The position numbers and the translations under genes are program-made. The notes beneath the pieces were generated by a model that saw only the letters and a program-made list of their open reading frames with translations, was not told the origin of the DNA and did no database searches. From Callorhinchus milii (taxonomy: Eukaryota): DNA of 64,000 nt. Shown here piece by piece: positions 12,417 through 25,780 of this stretch; position 1 is the stretch's first letter, and every line of letters begins with the position of its first letter. The stretch is taken from the NCBI RefSeq assembly GCF_018977255.1, contig NW_024704743.1:109494001-109558000 (forward strand). The letters are read 5' to 3'.

Positions 12417-13359
12417 GATTCTCTACCAGGAGGGATGCATCCTGTTTACCAATTCCTGAGAGTATTAGGTGCAGGTTGGCAAGAGCCAAGGCTTGGGGAC
12501 CCCAGAGTGTGTGTTGGGTACTGCTAGAGTTTAACCAGCTAACAGCAGTATTGAGCCTTGAAGTCTCATCACCCAGGGAGGGTGGGAGTGGGGAGAATGT
12601 GCAAATTGGTTGCTGCTTTTGTGTACAAAATGCACAGTCACTTTACAGAGCATCCTTACAGACATTTCGACGCTGTGATAAGGCAGGCAATTTGTGTGTT
12701 GATGGAGCTGGCCGACTTTTCGCATTTAGAATTTTTTGAGTAAGATTTGGGTCCATACTTTATAAGCAATATAACACATTACAACAGGATTCTACTGCAC
12801 CAGGCCAGTGATGACTGCTGACTAATGTCGGCCTCATCTCTTTTGCTTAGTGTGATAATTATGACAGGTGATAATATAATATGCCGCATTTTGCCTGCTT
12901 GTCCCTTCCCCAAAAGGTTTTTATTTAACAGACTGCAACCTAACAATCAGTTTGTGTCCAAATCCATTTTGATGTTGGGAAATAGATTGAAATCTGCAAA
13001 GAATCATGACTACATTGTAAGTAAATAAATTCAATTAATTTCACATGCCTGGTGAGCAAATAACTGTTCCGACTGTTGACAGACAACCAGATGTGGAATA
13101 GATCCTGGAGAAATATAATTTCAGTCAACACAAAATCCATTTTATGTGTTCAATCTGTTTGCGATTCATTTCTGCCAGTTAGATTAATTCCAATTATAAC
13201 CTCAATTCATTTGAATGTTTGAAGGATGCATTTTTGCTGGGTCAGTCAGTTGTCTGGCACAGACTGAAACCCATCGCTACTCTGCTTAACCCAGATTCCG
13301 AGTTCCATGTATGGTCTGCTATCTCCATTATGTGTGAAGACATGGTCAAAGAGTAATTA

Positions 13360-15135
13360 AATCAAGGTTTTAAATCTAAATAAGGCACACTTCAATGGAT
13401 GAGAAATATATTGACCGCAGTATACTGGGCTGAACTGTTAGTGGGTAAACCTGCAGATGAACAATGGAAAGTATTCAAAAATGTATTTGGTACAATCCAG
13501 AACAAGTACATACCCCTAAAATGCAAAAGCTCCAATCATGTATTTAAGCAGCCACGGTAGAGAAAATAGATTAGAGACCATATCAAGCTAAAAGCAAAGG
13601 CTAATTCAAATGCAAGAAAAAGTGGGAATGCAGAGTTCTGGGAGAACTACAAAAGGCAACAAAGGGATACAAAGAAAGTAATAAGAGGAGCGAAAAGGGA
13701 GTATGAAAAAAAACTTGCAAGGGATATTAAAACCAATAGTAAAAGCTTTCATAAATATATTAACAGAAAGAGAATGGTCAAGGGAAATGTGGGTCCATTA
13801 AAGAAAGATGTAGGTGAGACTATAATGGAAAATAAGGAAATGGCTGACTTAAATACATACTTTGCTACCGTTTTTTACAGTAGAGGATGAGGACAAAATA
13901 CCAGCCGTACAGGGGAACCAAAAATAAGTCAAAGAGAAATGCTTAACAAAATTAATACAAATAAAAAAATGGTCATGGAGAAAATAATGAGACTCAAGAA
14001 CAATAAATCTCCAGGACCTGATAGTTTCCACCCTAGGGTGTTAAAGAAAATAGGAGAGGAAATTGCAGATGCATTCGTCATAATTTTCCGAAGCTCACTA
14101 GATTCACACAATAATTATGCCCCTAGATTCAAAAATTGCGAATGTCACCCCTTTATTTAAGAAGGGAGGGTGGGAGAGAAGGAGAAACCAGGAAACCACA
14201 GACCTGTCAGCTTAACGTCAGTTGTAGGGAAAATACTAGAATCCATCATCAGGACACAGTGACTGAACACTTGGACAGGTATGAACTAGCCAAACAGAGT
14301 CAGCATGGGTTTGTGAAGGGTAGGTCGTGTCTGGCTAATTTAGTAAAATTTTTTGAGGAGGTCACTAAAATGATGGATAAAAGAGTGTCTATGGATGTTG
14401 TTTATATGGACTTTCAGAAGGCATTTGATAAGGTTTCACATAAAACTAGTTCCTAGGTGCAAAAAATAATCAAAAAGGTGAATGGAGTGTTGGCTTTTGT
14501 CTCAAAGGGCCTGGAATACAAGGAGGAAGAAATGATGCTTCAGCTGTATACAGTGTTGGTCAGACCCCATCTGGAGTACTGCGTTCAGTTTGGGGCACCA
14601 CACCTCAGGAAAGATATATCGGCCCTGGAGGTGGTACAGCCCAGGTTCGCCAGAATGTTACCAGGCCTAAAAGGGTTAAGTTACGAGGAAAGGCTGCGTA
14701 AACTTTGATTGTATTCCCTTGAGTTTAGACGGTTTACAGGTGATTTGATTGAGGTATTTAAGATGAAGGGATTTGATAGGATAGATACAGAGAAGCTATT
14801 TCCTCTGGTGGGGGAATCCAAAACAAGGGGGCATAATCTTAAAATTAGAACCAGACCATTTAAGAGTGAAATCAGGAAGCATTTTCTCAATAAAAGAGTG
14901 GTAGAAATCTGGAATTCTCTCCCCCAAAAGGCTGTGGATCCTGGATCCATTTACACCTTTAAGAGTGAAGTTGATAGATTTTTGATAGGTCAGGGTATTA
15001 CGGGATATGGGGAGGAAACGAGAAATTAGAATTGAAAGAATTAGTTGAGGCACAGATAAGCCATGATCTAATTAAATTAGATGAGCAGAACAAGTTCAAA
15101 GGGCTGAATGGCCTACTCCTGTTCTTATATTCCTA
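13360..15135 (+). mobile_element. CR1-clade LINE ORF2 remnant with 3' end; RT core deleted
   Basis: KSPGPDSFHPRVLK, QHGFVKGRSCLANL, MDVVYMDFQKAFDKV, LVRPHLEYCVQF, RVVEIWNSLP; 3' gggctgaatggcctactcctgttc. Confidence 0.93.
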
Positions 15136-16080
15136 AATAACAAGACAAAATGGTTAAAGTGGGTGGAATTTTGAGTCTGAGACTCTTTTGAATGTTTCAG
15201 TTGTTCCATCCTTAATAGCCACTTGTAGTAATGATTATGTTATGTTGTTATACATAACCTGGTGTTAGTAATATCTCTATATTATCTGATATTAACAGTC
15301 AGCCATATATTGCTGTTATATACACTTTCCGTGTAAGTAACTTTCACATTGAAGAGATTGTAGAAATGGGTTTGAATGCGCAGAGAGAAGATTGGGATTC
15401 GAGTAGACAACTCTAGATATTAAACAGACACATAGAGCCAAATGCTCTTTTTTTTTTGCCGTGAGCTATAAATGGTTTTATAAATCGAATCACAGAGGTT
15501 GTTACAAAGATGGATTACAGCCTGGTAAACATCCACTTGTCAATAACCCTGGAGATTGCAGCCTCATTTAAAATTTTTATTGTGCGGTCTGACTATCTTT
15601 ATCCTTTTGCTACAAAGCTTTTCCGCTTCCACATTTCTAACACTTTTATACTCTTAAGCACAACGATGGGTTTCCATATGTGTCAAGACGCCCAGGTGAT
15701 CAAAAAAATTGCTTTTAACACAACCCTTCTAGCTTTTCAATCCAACGGAAATTTGCATTCTTGAAGGGCCATTGAACAATTTTAGTTTGGAGTGTTCCAG
15801 GTTCCTAGGTTTAGAGTTCGCGGGATTCACAAGCAAAGTCTATGGTAGTTTTTAGTATATGATTTTACAAGTTTGAGGTGACTACTTCTGTGCACTAATT
15901 GTTGCTTGCACAAACTATCAGCATTGACCTAGGCTGTCGACTGAGGAAAATCTTATCTGGGGGCCAAAGAGATGCAGAATTTGTGCATCTTTGCCAACCT
16001 CGCCTTCTCTATTCCCTCTGGTCACTGCTATCCTCTTCCTCAGTGACACTTGTTCATAGAAACAATAGTAGGCTGTTCAG

Positions 16081-16350
16081 CCCCTTCTTTTCTTCCTTCT
16101 TTCATGTTTCCCTTTCTCCTTCCCTCTCTTTTCTTCCTCTTCTCTCTCTCGCTCCTTCCCTCTCTCATTCTCTTCCTTTCTCCTTTTCTTTCCTTTTTCC
16201 TCTTCCTACCTCATTCCCTCTTCCTTTTTCTTTTTCCCTCCCTCCTTCGTCCATTCCTTCTTTCCTTCCTTCCTTTCTTTCTCTCCTTTCCTGCTTCCTT
16301 CTATTCTCTTATTTTCTCCTTTCCTTTGTTGTTTTGTTCCTTCCTTCCAC
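16081..16350. repeat. Polypyrimidine (CT-rich) low-complexity tract
   Basis: About 270 bp composed almost entirely of C and T. Confidence 0.95.
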
Positions 16351-17412
16351 CCACCCACCCACCATTTTAAGCCACATCATCAGATGTTCCTCACATAATG
16401 CCAACATCAGTACTCTTCCAGGGGCTTTTCTCCAAAGCAGAGACAAAATGTGTGAGCAGAAAAGCAACAAAATGCCAAGCAATGTGGAGCCGCTGTCTGA
16501 GGCACAGTGATGAGTGACAAAAACAACTCTTTGTCTCAAACCTTTGTAAGAACCCGTTGCATTGATGCCTGTGCCCGTTATAAAAGTTGTTTCCTGTCTG
16601 GTACATGATGGATGTTCACTTTGTGTAAAGCACACTCTCACCTTTATCAATAAATAATTTAACAAGCACATTCCGTTTCCAGATTTGTGTCTCCTGTGAA
16701 ACAGCTTGTGAGACATTCTTGCAATGGAGGAGAATAAGAAGCAGAGGTGGGGAAGGGGGGCATAAAATACTCTCGGCTGAGCAACTTATTACGTTTCACC
16801 CAAACCATTTTTTAAAAATGTTCCTGCATAAAAAATCTCTTGTCTTCTCCTCCAGCATCAAACTTGTGAGTTATAAATGGAATTAGGAGGAATGCAGGTT
16901 TGTGTGGAGAATAAACACCAGCATGGACTAGTGGGGGCTGAATTATCTGTTTTATCTGCAGTGGTAACGTGCTCTATGATTCTATGTTATAGCAAAGAGA
17001 TCACTATTTTTATGTGCTCAGAGTATGATAGATCCTTCTCCCCTTTGAATTCCTTCATCTTGCGACATGGCCCTTCTCTTAGATACATGTGTGTTGTGTA
17101 GACAACACAAAGTGCTCCAGACCTGTGTACATTGCATCACCCACTGTATGCTGATATTTCAATGCAGTTTCCTTTAGTTTAACTCCACTGTTCTCTGTAG
17201 ACTATAGAAACCAGCTGCTGGCAGAAACCAGATCGATAAGATATATATAAAAAAACTGCATCTTAACGAGGTCAGCAAAACCTTCACCCACCAGGAACAA
17301 TAAAAAAAGGGACAGGAAAGCAGATGGTAATGGAAATGGTTTGTTGGACTGTCCGAGCATATTTATGGGATAAAATTTGCAGCATTTCATAAGTGTCGCT
17401 GGTATTACTTAA

Positions 17413-17431
17413 TGTCCACCAGGTGGCGGCA
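17413..17431 (+). promoter_or_regulatory. Candidate CTCF-binding site
   Basis: TGTCCACCAGGTGGCGGCA matches the CCASYAGRKGGCR core and lies in non-repeat sequence. Confidence 0.55.
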
Positions 17432-17764
17432 TATCCCGGAAATGGAATACACTGGGAAATGGTTGTTCATGTCTCATGTCGCCCATTTAGTTTTGGCTTG
17501 AACAACAACAATTGTATATTTACACAGCACCTCTCATGTCGGGAGGATGTCACAAAGCACATCACAGAGCCGTCTGGGAGCCCGAACTGGGTGGGGGGAG
17601 TGGGGAGCAAAAGCACGGTCAAAAATAAAGATTTTAAAGGGGGCTTTAAAGGTGGGGAGAAGGAAAGAATGTGTTTCTTTGTTTAGTACTTTATCCTACC
17701 AGTGTTCGGGTTAACAAACCCCCAAATAAAACTCATCATCCACTAACCCCAAGTCTTTGCTTCG

Positions 17765-18207
17765 AAACTTTGGAACTCTATTGCTTAATCTCTCCGCCTT
17801 CTCTATTTACAGATCATTAGTCGATTGGTGGATCACTTTCTGGTGGTAATAATCCCTCCAAAAATAAACAAAATAATAATTATTTGATCTCTCAAGCCAC
17901 GACTGTTCGTGGGACGTTGCTGTGCGCAATTGGCTGCCGCTTTTCGCCTGCAGAATACACAGTCACTACACTTTACAGTATATGCTGTGAAGCACTTTGA
18001 GATGTCTCGTAGATGTGATAAAGCGCTAAATCAAATGAAAGGAATATTGTTATTATGCCTGAAGACCTTCCTCTTCAACCTTGCCTACGGTTACCTCCTG
18101 CTGCACCCCCACCCCCCGGCTTGGCGTCAAGCTCTGCCACTGTTAAGCACTCCGAGAAGCTACCCTGCGTGAAGAACCTATATAAATGCAAGTTATTGTT
18201 GTTGTTA
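17765..18207 (+). mobile_element. L2-B 3' fragment interrupted by a tRNA-SINE (about 17808-18055)
   Basis: ctttggaactct...ctccgcctt lies before the SINE and tgcctgaagaccttcctcttcaacc...(gtt)n after it; these are adjacent in the 12212-12300 copy. Confidence 0.7.
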
Positions 18208-18508
18208 TTTGTGAGGCATTGGTCTGTGCAAATTGATTGCTGTGTTTCCCTGCAAATACAGTCGCTGTAAAACAAGGAAACCCTATGAAGTGCTTTGAGA
18301 TGCCTTGGCGACGTGATAAGGCCCTAAATCAAATGGGAAAGATTATTATATAAGCAGGCAGCTGTGCTGCTGAAAAGGCTCCGTGCATGCTTTGCCCCCT
18401 AACCCAGCACAGAAATATCACGCTGTATTTCATTTGGGCTGCTGCTCTCCTCCACTCCCTGCTACTCTGCCCGTGTAAAGCTCCTGCTTTTCATTTTTTT
18501 AAATAAAA

Positions 18509-18524
18509 CGTTGCCATAGTTACG
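18509..18524. promoter_or_regulatory. Candidate RFX X-box
   Basis: CGTTGCCATAGTTACG; the reverse strand reads GTAACTATGGCAAC, an imperfect X-box palindrome. Confidence 0.5.
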
Positions 18525-20596
18525 CTTTTATCAAAGCCTACCACACAGGCAGAGGAAGAAGGGATGGATTTTTGGATTAAGGAAACAATGGAGAGTGGGT
18601 GGCTTTTTTTTAAACTTACATGGCGGGATTAAACCGGGTTGAGGTTTTATCTTAAACTTCGGGGCAGCAAAAAAAAATGTCATGTATTTCATTAGCTTGG
18701 TTGTGATAAGTGTTTCTTTTGAGCAGCCGTGAAGAGAGTGGAACAATGAAATTAAGATTCCTACGTGTGTGGCTTCGGTAATGGGAATGAAAATCTCATT
18801 TAATGCTTTCATCGGGAAACTCTCGCTAGCACGTCATTTGTAAGACAGCGACTGATTAGGAACTGCCATTACTCAAAGGAAGAGGGTTGTCTCACTTAAC
18901 AAGCAAGTCAGAGATCAAGATTCTTCTTGGTGGTGATGGTGGTGGGGGAGGCCAGCCCTGACGTCACAGTGGATGGAACAGCAGTTTATGGTCTTAGCTA
19001 TGGGGAGTCTTCATTTGCCTTGGTCTTCCCAGGGTTAGGGAGGGTCAAATCACCTGGATTTATTGCTCCAGGTCCCTCAATAGCACCCTCTATTAGATGC
19101 GCTGTCAGGCTCGATTGGACCTAGTACAGACATGAGGCATAAGGATGGACAATGACAATTTGGGTGAGGAGAGGCCAGTACCAGTGGAACTGTCCTGTGT
19201 CCCCCCACCCCTGCCCACCACAGCAACAAGAGGCCAGAAGCTGCAGAGAGACATTTGTCAGTGGGGAGAAAAGTAGAAAAATAATTGGACATACAACATT
19301 AAAAAAAAGATTCTCTTCCTGATCTTCAAATTTCTTATCACCGATCATCCCACTCTATCTCTGCAGCACCCACTCTGCCTCCCTCCCCTGTCCAAACTCA
19401 TCTCCTACCTCATCTAATCCAATATCAGCAGGCAGGCCACTATAATTGGGGCCACTAAAATAGTAGTAATCCTTGCATTTCATATTGTCAAGTCGACGGG
19501 ATGTCTCAAAACGCTACACAAGCTTTTTTTTCTGTGGAGCAACTGTATTTTGTAGGCGAATGTGGCAGCCAATTTGCACACAGCAATATCTCGCAAACAG
19601 CCTTGAAATGAATGAAAGATTTTATCTGGGGGATTGTTGGCCAGGACACCCGCTCTGCTGTGTGCTCTGGAAATCACTACGAGGGGGAAATTTGCTTGCA
19701 CTGTTTGCTTGCCGCGCTGCTACAATTTATTACACTAAATGGAAAAAGGCTTTAATTTCTGCTCCTTTATTGATCTGATAACCTTTGTCTCTGGTAATAA
19801 AATAAAGCGCTGGGCTTTATGAGAAGGCAAACATCTCTGCTGATGTGGTACAGATATCTCAGTCGCAGGAGGAGTTAGCAAGAAAAGATATTGGCATGGT
19901 GGTGGAGTGCGGTGTGGAGTGGGAGCAAAATAGTGAGCAGTGAGGTTTTGTAAAGAAGAAGAGAACATGACTAAGATAACAGTATATGGCTTTTCAGGGG
20001 CAAAGGGAACTGATGAGATAATCGGAGGTGGGAGTAAATCCAGTTGTTTTACATTTGAAGACAAATAATGATGATAATAAAATAACCCTTTCATTTCATT
20101 TACAGTAACATCATTGAGACATCTCAAAGCGCTTCCCAGCATTTTACTGTAAACTGTAGTGCCTGTCTATTTGTAGTGGATTACAGCAGTCAATTTGTAC
20201 ACAGACGACAAATAACACCTGGAAACTGTTTACAAGGAAGAGTGTTTGAGGCCAGGACTCTGGCATTCATTTACAAAATTCCTCGGTGCTGTGATGGGAG
20301 GACAGTAGGGCATGCTTTCTAGAAGGATTAAATCAGATGGGCCGAAGGGTCTTCTCCATCTGAACCAATCTTGTGACTAAACTAAAATTTAATTAAGCAG
20401 GTGGAATTTCCTGCTTCTAATTTGGTGGCTAATAATAATAATTCTTGCATTTGATATGATATCTTTTCACAACAGGAAGATGATGTCTTAAAGCTCCTCA
20501 CAGATTTACTGTAAAGTGTAGTGACTAAGTATTTTGACAGCTTGTTTTGAAATCTCAGTGTGCTGCAGGAGTCCCCAGCAAGGAGTTCTAAGTAAG

Positions 20597-22400
20597 ATGG
20601 AATCATAGAATTATACAGCACAGAAGGAAGCCATTCTGCCCATCGTGTCTGTGCCAGCTCTTTTAAAAGAGCTATCCAAATCAATCCCACTCTCCCGCGC
20701 TCTCCCCATAGGCCTGCAAACTTGTCCTCCCCAAATAATTATCTACTCGCTTTTAAAAGTTGTTATTGAATCGGCTTCCAACACCCTTTCTGGCAACGCA
20801 TTCCAGATCCGAACAACTCGCTGTGTGAAATTTTTTTCCTCACCTCCATTCTATCTCTCTGCCTCAACCACACGACTACTGGCATCCTGACCGATTGCCT
20901 GTCCGACATCAAGTCCTGGACGAGGGACAACTTTCTCAAACTGAACGTCAGCAAGAACGAGGCCCTCCTGATTGGCTCGCGCCAGCACCTCTGCACCTTG
21001 GGTGCTGGCAGCATCAGCCTCCACAACTGCACACTGAACCTCACAAAGCCAGTCAGGAACCTAGGTGTCTTGTTTAACCCTGAACTGTCCTTTCTTCCCC
21101 ACATCCACGCCATGAGCAGCACTGCCTACCACAACCTCCGCAACATTGCCAGACTCTGCAACTGCCTCACCCCTCAGGCTGCCGAAACCCTCATCCATGC
21201 ATTCATCACATCAAGGCTCGATTACGGAAATTCCCTCCTCATTGACCTTCCCAACTCTTCCCTTCACAAGCTGCAGATCATCCAAAACTCTGCAGCTCGT
21301 GTACTCTCACGCACCAGGCTCCGGTACCCCATCACTCCCACCCTCGCCCGACTGCACTGGCTCCCCATCCCCCAGAGGATCGATTTCAAGATCCTCGTCC
21401 TCACTTTCAAGGCCATCCATGGCCTTGCCCCTCCTACCTCTCTGACCTGCTGACTCCCTACCAACCTGCCCGCTTCCTCTGTTCAGCGGGTTCCGGTCTG
21501 CTTCATGTCTCCCGCCCGACCCTCCCTACCATCAGTGGCTGGGCTTTCAGCCTTTCTGCCCCCACACTCTGGAACTCCATCCCACAGTCCCTTCGCCTCG
21601 CTTCCTCCCTTGCCTCCTTCAAGGCCGGTCTCAAGACCCTTCTCTTCGACCGTGCCTTTGGTTGCCCTCCCACCTCTCTGCCTTCGCTCACCCCTAAACC
21701 ACCCCTCCCCCATGCTCGGTCCCCGACACCTGACTGTTCAGCGCTTTGGGACGTCCTCCCGACGTGAAAGGCACTCTATAAATGTAATTTTGTTGTTGTT
21801 GTTTCTTTTAACAACTATTTTGAATCAGTGTCCTCGGGTTACCAACCCACCCACCAGTGGAACTAATTTCTTTTTTTCATCCTATCAGATCCCCTCATAA
21901 TTTTGAAAACTTCTGTTGTCTTCTTTTAACCTTCTTTACTCCAAGGAGAATAATCCTAGCTTCTCTAGCCTCTCCTGATGACTGAAGTCCCTCATTCCTG
22001 GTACCATCCTAATTAATCTCCTTTGGACCCTCTTCAATGCCTTGACATCCTTTCTAAAGTGTGGGGCCCAGAACTGAACACAGTGTTCTAGCTGAAGCCG
22101 ACCCAATATTTTATAAAGGTTTATCATAACTTCCTGACTTTTGTATTCTATGCCACTATTTATAAAGCCTAGTATCCCATATACTTTTTTTTAATAGCTT
22201 TATCTACCTGTCCTGCCACCTTCAAACATTTACTTAAATGAACCACAAGGTCTCTCTGTTCCTTCACCGTCTTTAAGATTGTACCATCAGCTTACATTGC
22301 CTCTCCTCATTCTTCCTCCCAAAATGCATCACTTAGCATTTCTCCACATTAAACTTCATCTGCCATGTGTCTGCCCATTTTACCATTTTAACTATGTCTT
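20597..22400 (-). mobile_element. CR1 3' region interrupted by an L2
   Basis: ORF 21936-22127 LEHCVQFWAPHFRKDVKALKRVQRR; closely resembles 7900-9395 in reverse orientation. Confidence 0.9.
20850..21803 (+). mobile_element. L2 LINE 3' part (L2-A) inserted in CR1
   Basis: ORF 20998-21453 [14 protein letters not shown]...[15 protein letters not shown]...[15 protein letters not shown]; stem-loop tail and (gtt)n; CR1 is contiguous across the insertion. Confidence 0.93.
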
Positions 22401-23013
22401 ATGGAACATTTCCAAATGGTATCTGTCCACTGCATACTTCTGCCTGGAGGTGAAGAGAAAATTGCTTTAAATTCTCACCTAACCTGACTAACAAGTTCAC
22501 AAGTGGCTGACATTCATGGGCACTCGAGGAGTCTTTGTAGTGCAGAGTGGCTTCTCTCCTGAATATTTTGGGCCTTAGCAATGGTAGTGCTAGAGAAACC
22601 TCTGCATTGCATCCACACTGAGCTGCATCTTGCTTTAACAATGATTGATGCTGCCATTAGGTTTAAAGTAAGGGAATGCTTCCACTCCCAGAACTACAAT
22701 CCCTCACCCTAATGAACACAAATGCATAAATAAATAACTTTGCAGTGAATCAGATTTAAAACGCACCATTTGCGCCTTCAAGACTTTCCTCCCATTTTCC
22801 ACCCGATGTAAAGTTAACTGCGCTTGCCAGTACTGTTTCCCTTCACTTGTGCTATTAGTTTAAAATGTCAGCATCAATTCATTAGTTTCTGCACGACTGG
22901 GATATTAAGCAGATGTTTCACAGTTGATACTCACTATCCTCGACCCTGCGGTAATATTTTGTCCCTCCATTGCACTGAATCCTGGATTAAAACACAGGCA
23001 GCGAATGGATTTA

Positions 23014-23438
23014 ATAATAATCCTTATGTTTGTTACAGTAACTTATCATGTTAAGACGTCTCAAAGCGCTTCATAGCGTTTTTGCAAAGTGTGTTTTGTG
23101 AGTGAGCACAGCAGCCAATTTTGCGCACAGCAAATTTTGTCCCACAAACAACCATAAGGTAAAATGACCTTTTTTATCTGGAGGATTGTCAGCCAGAACA
23201 CCAGGAGAAACTCCCTTTTCTTTTCGAATAGGGTCGTATGATCTTTAAAGGTCACCTGAATAGACAGACAGGACCTTGGTTTAATGCCTCACCAGAAGAA
23301 CGGCACCTCCAACAATGCAGTGGAAGCTCCAAGCACTGCACTAGAGTATCAGCTTAGAGCCATGAACTTAACATCTCAGTGTGGGGCTTGAATCCACAAC
23401 TTTGTGACTCAGAGGTAAGAGTTATGCTGCCTGAGCTG
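23014..23438 (-). mobile_element. Near full-length Deu-domain-type SINE
   Basis: tRNA-like head (ctctgagtcacaaagttgtggattcaagcccc), central core and (att)n tail on the minus strand. Confidence 0.78.
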
Positions 23439-23735
23439 GGCAGAGGAAAAATGAAGAAAGGAAGTGTGTTGTCGCCATCTTGGGGGGTTGCTGATGTCAC
23501 GCAAGAAACAGTCAACGCTAGCCACAGTTGGTGAACAAACAAACTATATTACATCCAACACCAACAGATCAGGTCACTTGGAGGCACTTAGAGTAAGGGG
23601 CTTCAGCTCTCAAACCTTCTCCTCTGCAGACTTGGGAATTTCTTTGTACCCCTTCCCAAGGACACACAGTCTTCCCTTTTGCTGTAGAGCTAGAATATCC
23701 CATTGACCCTCTCATCAGGCTGTTCACTGGCTCTT

Positions 23736-23889
23736 TGTGTGTGTGTGTACATGTGTACATACGTGTGTTTGTGTGTGTGTGTTGTGACTGTGTATGTGTT
23801 GTGCACTTACATGTTCATGTAACTGTGTGTGCGTGCATTTATGTATATGTTTGTGTGTGTATGTTTGAATGTGTGTGAGTGTGCACGTG
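23736..23889. repeat. Degenerate (TG)n microsatellite
   Basis: Direct reading; a second one lies at about 24483-24533. Confidence 0.95.
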
Positions 23890-25339
23890 TAGAAAACGCG
23901 TGCAATCATCACATTGAATCTGTTAAGAAGAAACATCTAATTTTTTTGCTGGATTGTTTGATTTGAATTTCCACCGCCAGTACCAACTTGAACACATTGT
24001 TTTTTTTAAAAAAAATCTGCTTTAACGTGCCACAGAATTAAAACTGTATGCGTAAAAAGTAACATGAAGCACCAATTTACTATATCACTGGAGTGGAAAA
24101 AATAATGTAAATTTGTATTAAGTTAAAAATGACCACTGAAGGATTCCAGCATTGGATTAATAAACAAACACTCATTCTCATTGCGAGAGGGAAATCTGAC
24201 TTATCTGCCACTGTCAGGATCCATTTCCATATAAAAGGGTAACGTTGTGAAGTCTATGCATTATGATGTGAGCAGCTTCTTAAATCTGTGGAAATGCAAG
24301 ATTTAGGCTTATCTATAATTAAATGTAAATGCTGGGAGGTGAGCGGGGAGGGAATAAGCTTTGCTCTAACTCCTGGCTGGTAGCATGACTAAATGCTGCT
24401 GGGTGCTGCTTTCTAACTGCGATAGCCAATGCCACGGCTTTTGTCCAGACCATGCAAAACAAGACACCCGTGTGAGGAGAATATATGTGTGTGTGTGTGT
24501 ATATGTGTGTGTCTGTCTGTATGTGTGTGTGTGTGGAGGGGGTAGGGGGTGAAGATTCAAAAGAAACAAATTCAGTAAAAAGCCCTGGGGATGCACCTCA
24601 GGTCAGTAAATGAGAAAAAGTATGGGTGAGGAGGAAGGTAGGGAAGAAAGAGAGAAAGAAGGAAAAAAGGAACGGAAGAATGAATGAATATTGGTATAAC
24701 GTCTTTTACGGCAGTAGGCGTCCCAAGGTGCTTTACGGGATTTACTGTGAAGTGTAGTCATAGTGTTTTTTGTAGTTGAATCCAGCAGCCAATTTGTGCA
24801 CAACGACTGTAGAATTGTAGGCAAACGCTATGCACAGCAATGTCCCACAAACCTGAAACCAATGACCTATTTTATTTGTGGGATTGCTGGCCAGAACACC
24901 AGGTGAAACTCCTGCTTAAATAGTGCCACAGGATCTTTAATGTCCACCTGAACACATGGGAGATGGGATGTCAGTTTAACATCTCCTCTGAAGAGGAGCA
25001 CCACTGACAATGCAACCATCCCCAGGACCTCTTTGGTTTGTCAGCTTAGACTATGTGAGTTAAAAAAAGAAGGAAAGGAAGAAGAATGAACAATCTATCT
25101 GGGGAGTTACACTGGAAAAATCTTCCTCTTTTCGAAAAGTTCCATGGTGTCTTTAATGTCCATCTAAAGAACAGTCAGATGAGATTTTTTTAACGTCTAA
25201 TTTGAAGAATGACAATGTAGCCCCATTGCCCTTCCCTCTCTCCCTTCCCCGACTCCCTCCGTTAAGGCACTAAAGTGTCAGCCTGAACAGTGCTTGCTAA
25301 ACATCAATGTCCAGGATTATGTGCCTATGCACAATAAAC

Positions 25340-25538
25340 ATGCCTAATAATAATCCCTCCAAAAAAAAACAATAATAAATTGGTAATTTTCAATCTACGA
25401 CTATTTGTGGGACATTGCTGTGCGCAATTGGCTGCCGCGTTCGCCCACAAATATGCAGTCAATTCACTTTACAGTATATTCTGTGAAGCGCTTTGGGACG
25501 TCTAGAAGACGTGAAATGCAAGGATTATTATTATTATT
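25340..25538 (+). mobile_element. tRNA-SINE short variant, 3' part
   Basis: gcctaataataatccctcc...gctgtgcgcaattggctgccgcgttcgcccaca...ggacgtctagaagacgtg...(att)n. Confidence 0.85.
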
Positions 25539-25584
25539 AAAAGTCACAATTCACAATTGGATACACTAGAATCATGGAATCGTA

Positions 25585-25780
25585 GGGGTAAAATTTGCAG
25601 TATTCCTTCATCGCATTCCTTAACTTAATTAACACTTAAGGCTTGCTCGCATTTCCTAACTTATAACTATCCCTACAATTTGTTGTGTTAATTAAAGCTG
25701 TGGTTAATTATGTTACAGTAATGTGTTAAAATTTGACAATGTGTTAAATGTTTTAAAGAATACTGCAAATGTTTACCTCC
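25585..25780. mobile_element. Fold-back MITE with TA target duplication, inserted in a CR1 3' tail
   Basis: TA|ggggtaaaatttgcagtattc ... gaatactgcaaatgtttacctcc|TA; internal ttaattaacac/gtgttaattaa; flanks rejoin as agaatc-ta-gaatgttacagcacaga. Confidence 0.8.

Noticed and set aside
7858..14455. Both large CR1 copies lack the YADD region, suggesting programmed deletion
   Set aside because: The breakpoints differ and the copies have other deletions; two cases are not evidence
15899..16510. 203-aa Leu/Phe/Ser-rich membrane-like ORF
   Set aside because: Translation of the CT low-complexity tract
17808..18207. SINE-L2 template-switch chimera
   Set aside because: L2 sequence is also present upstream of the SINE, so it is a SINE inserted into an L2
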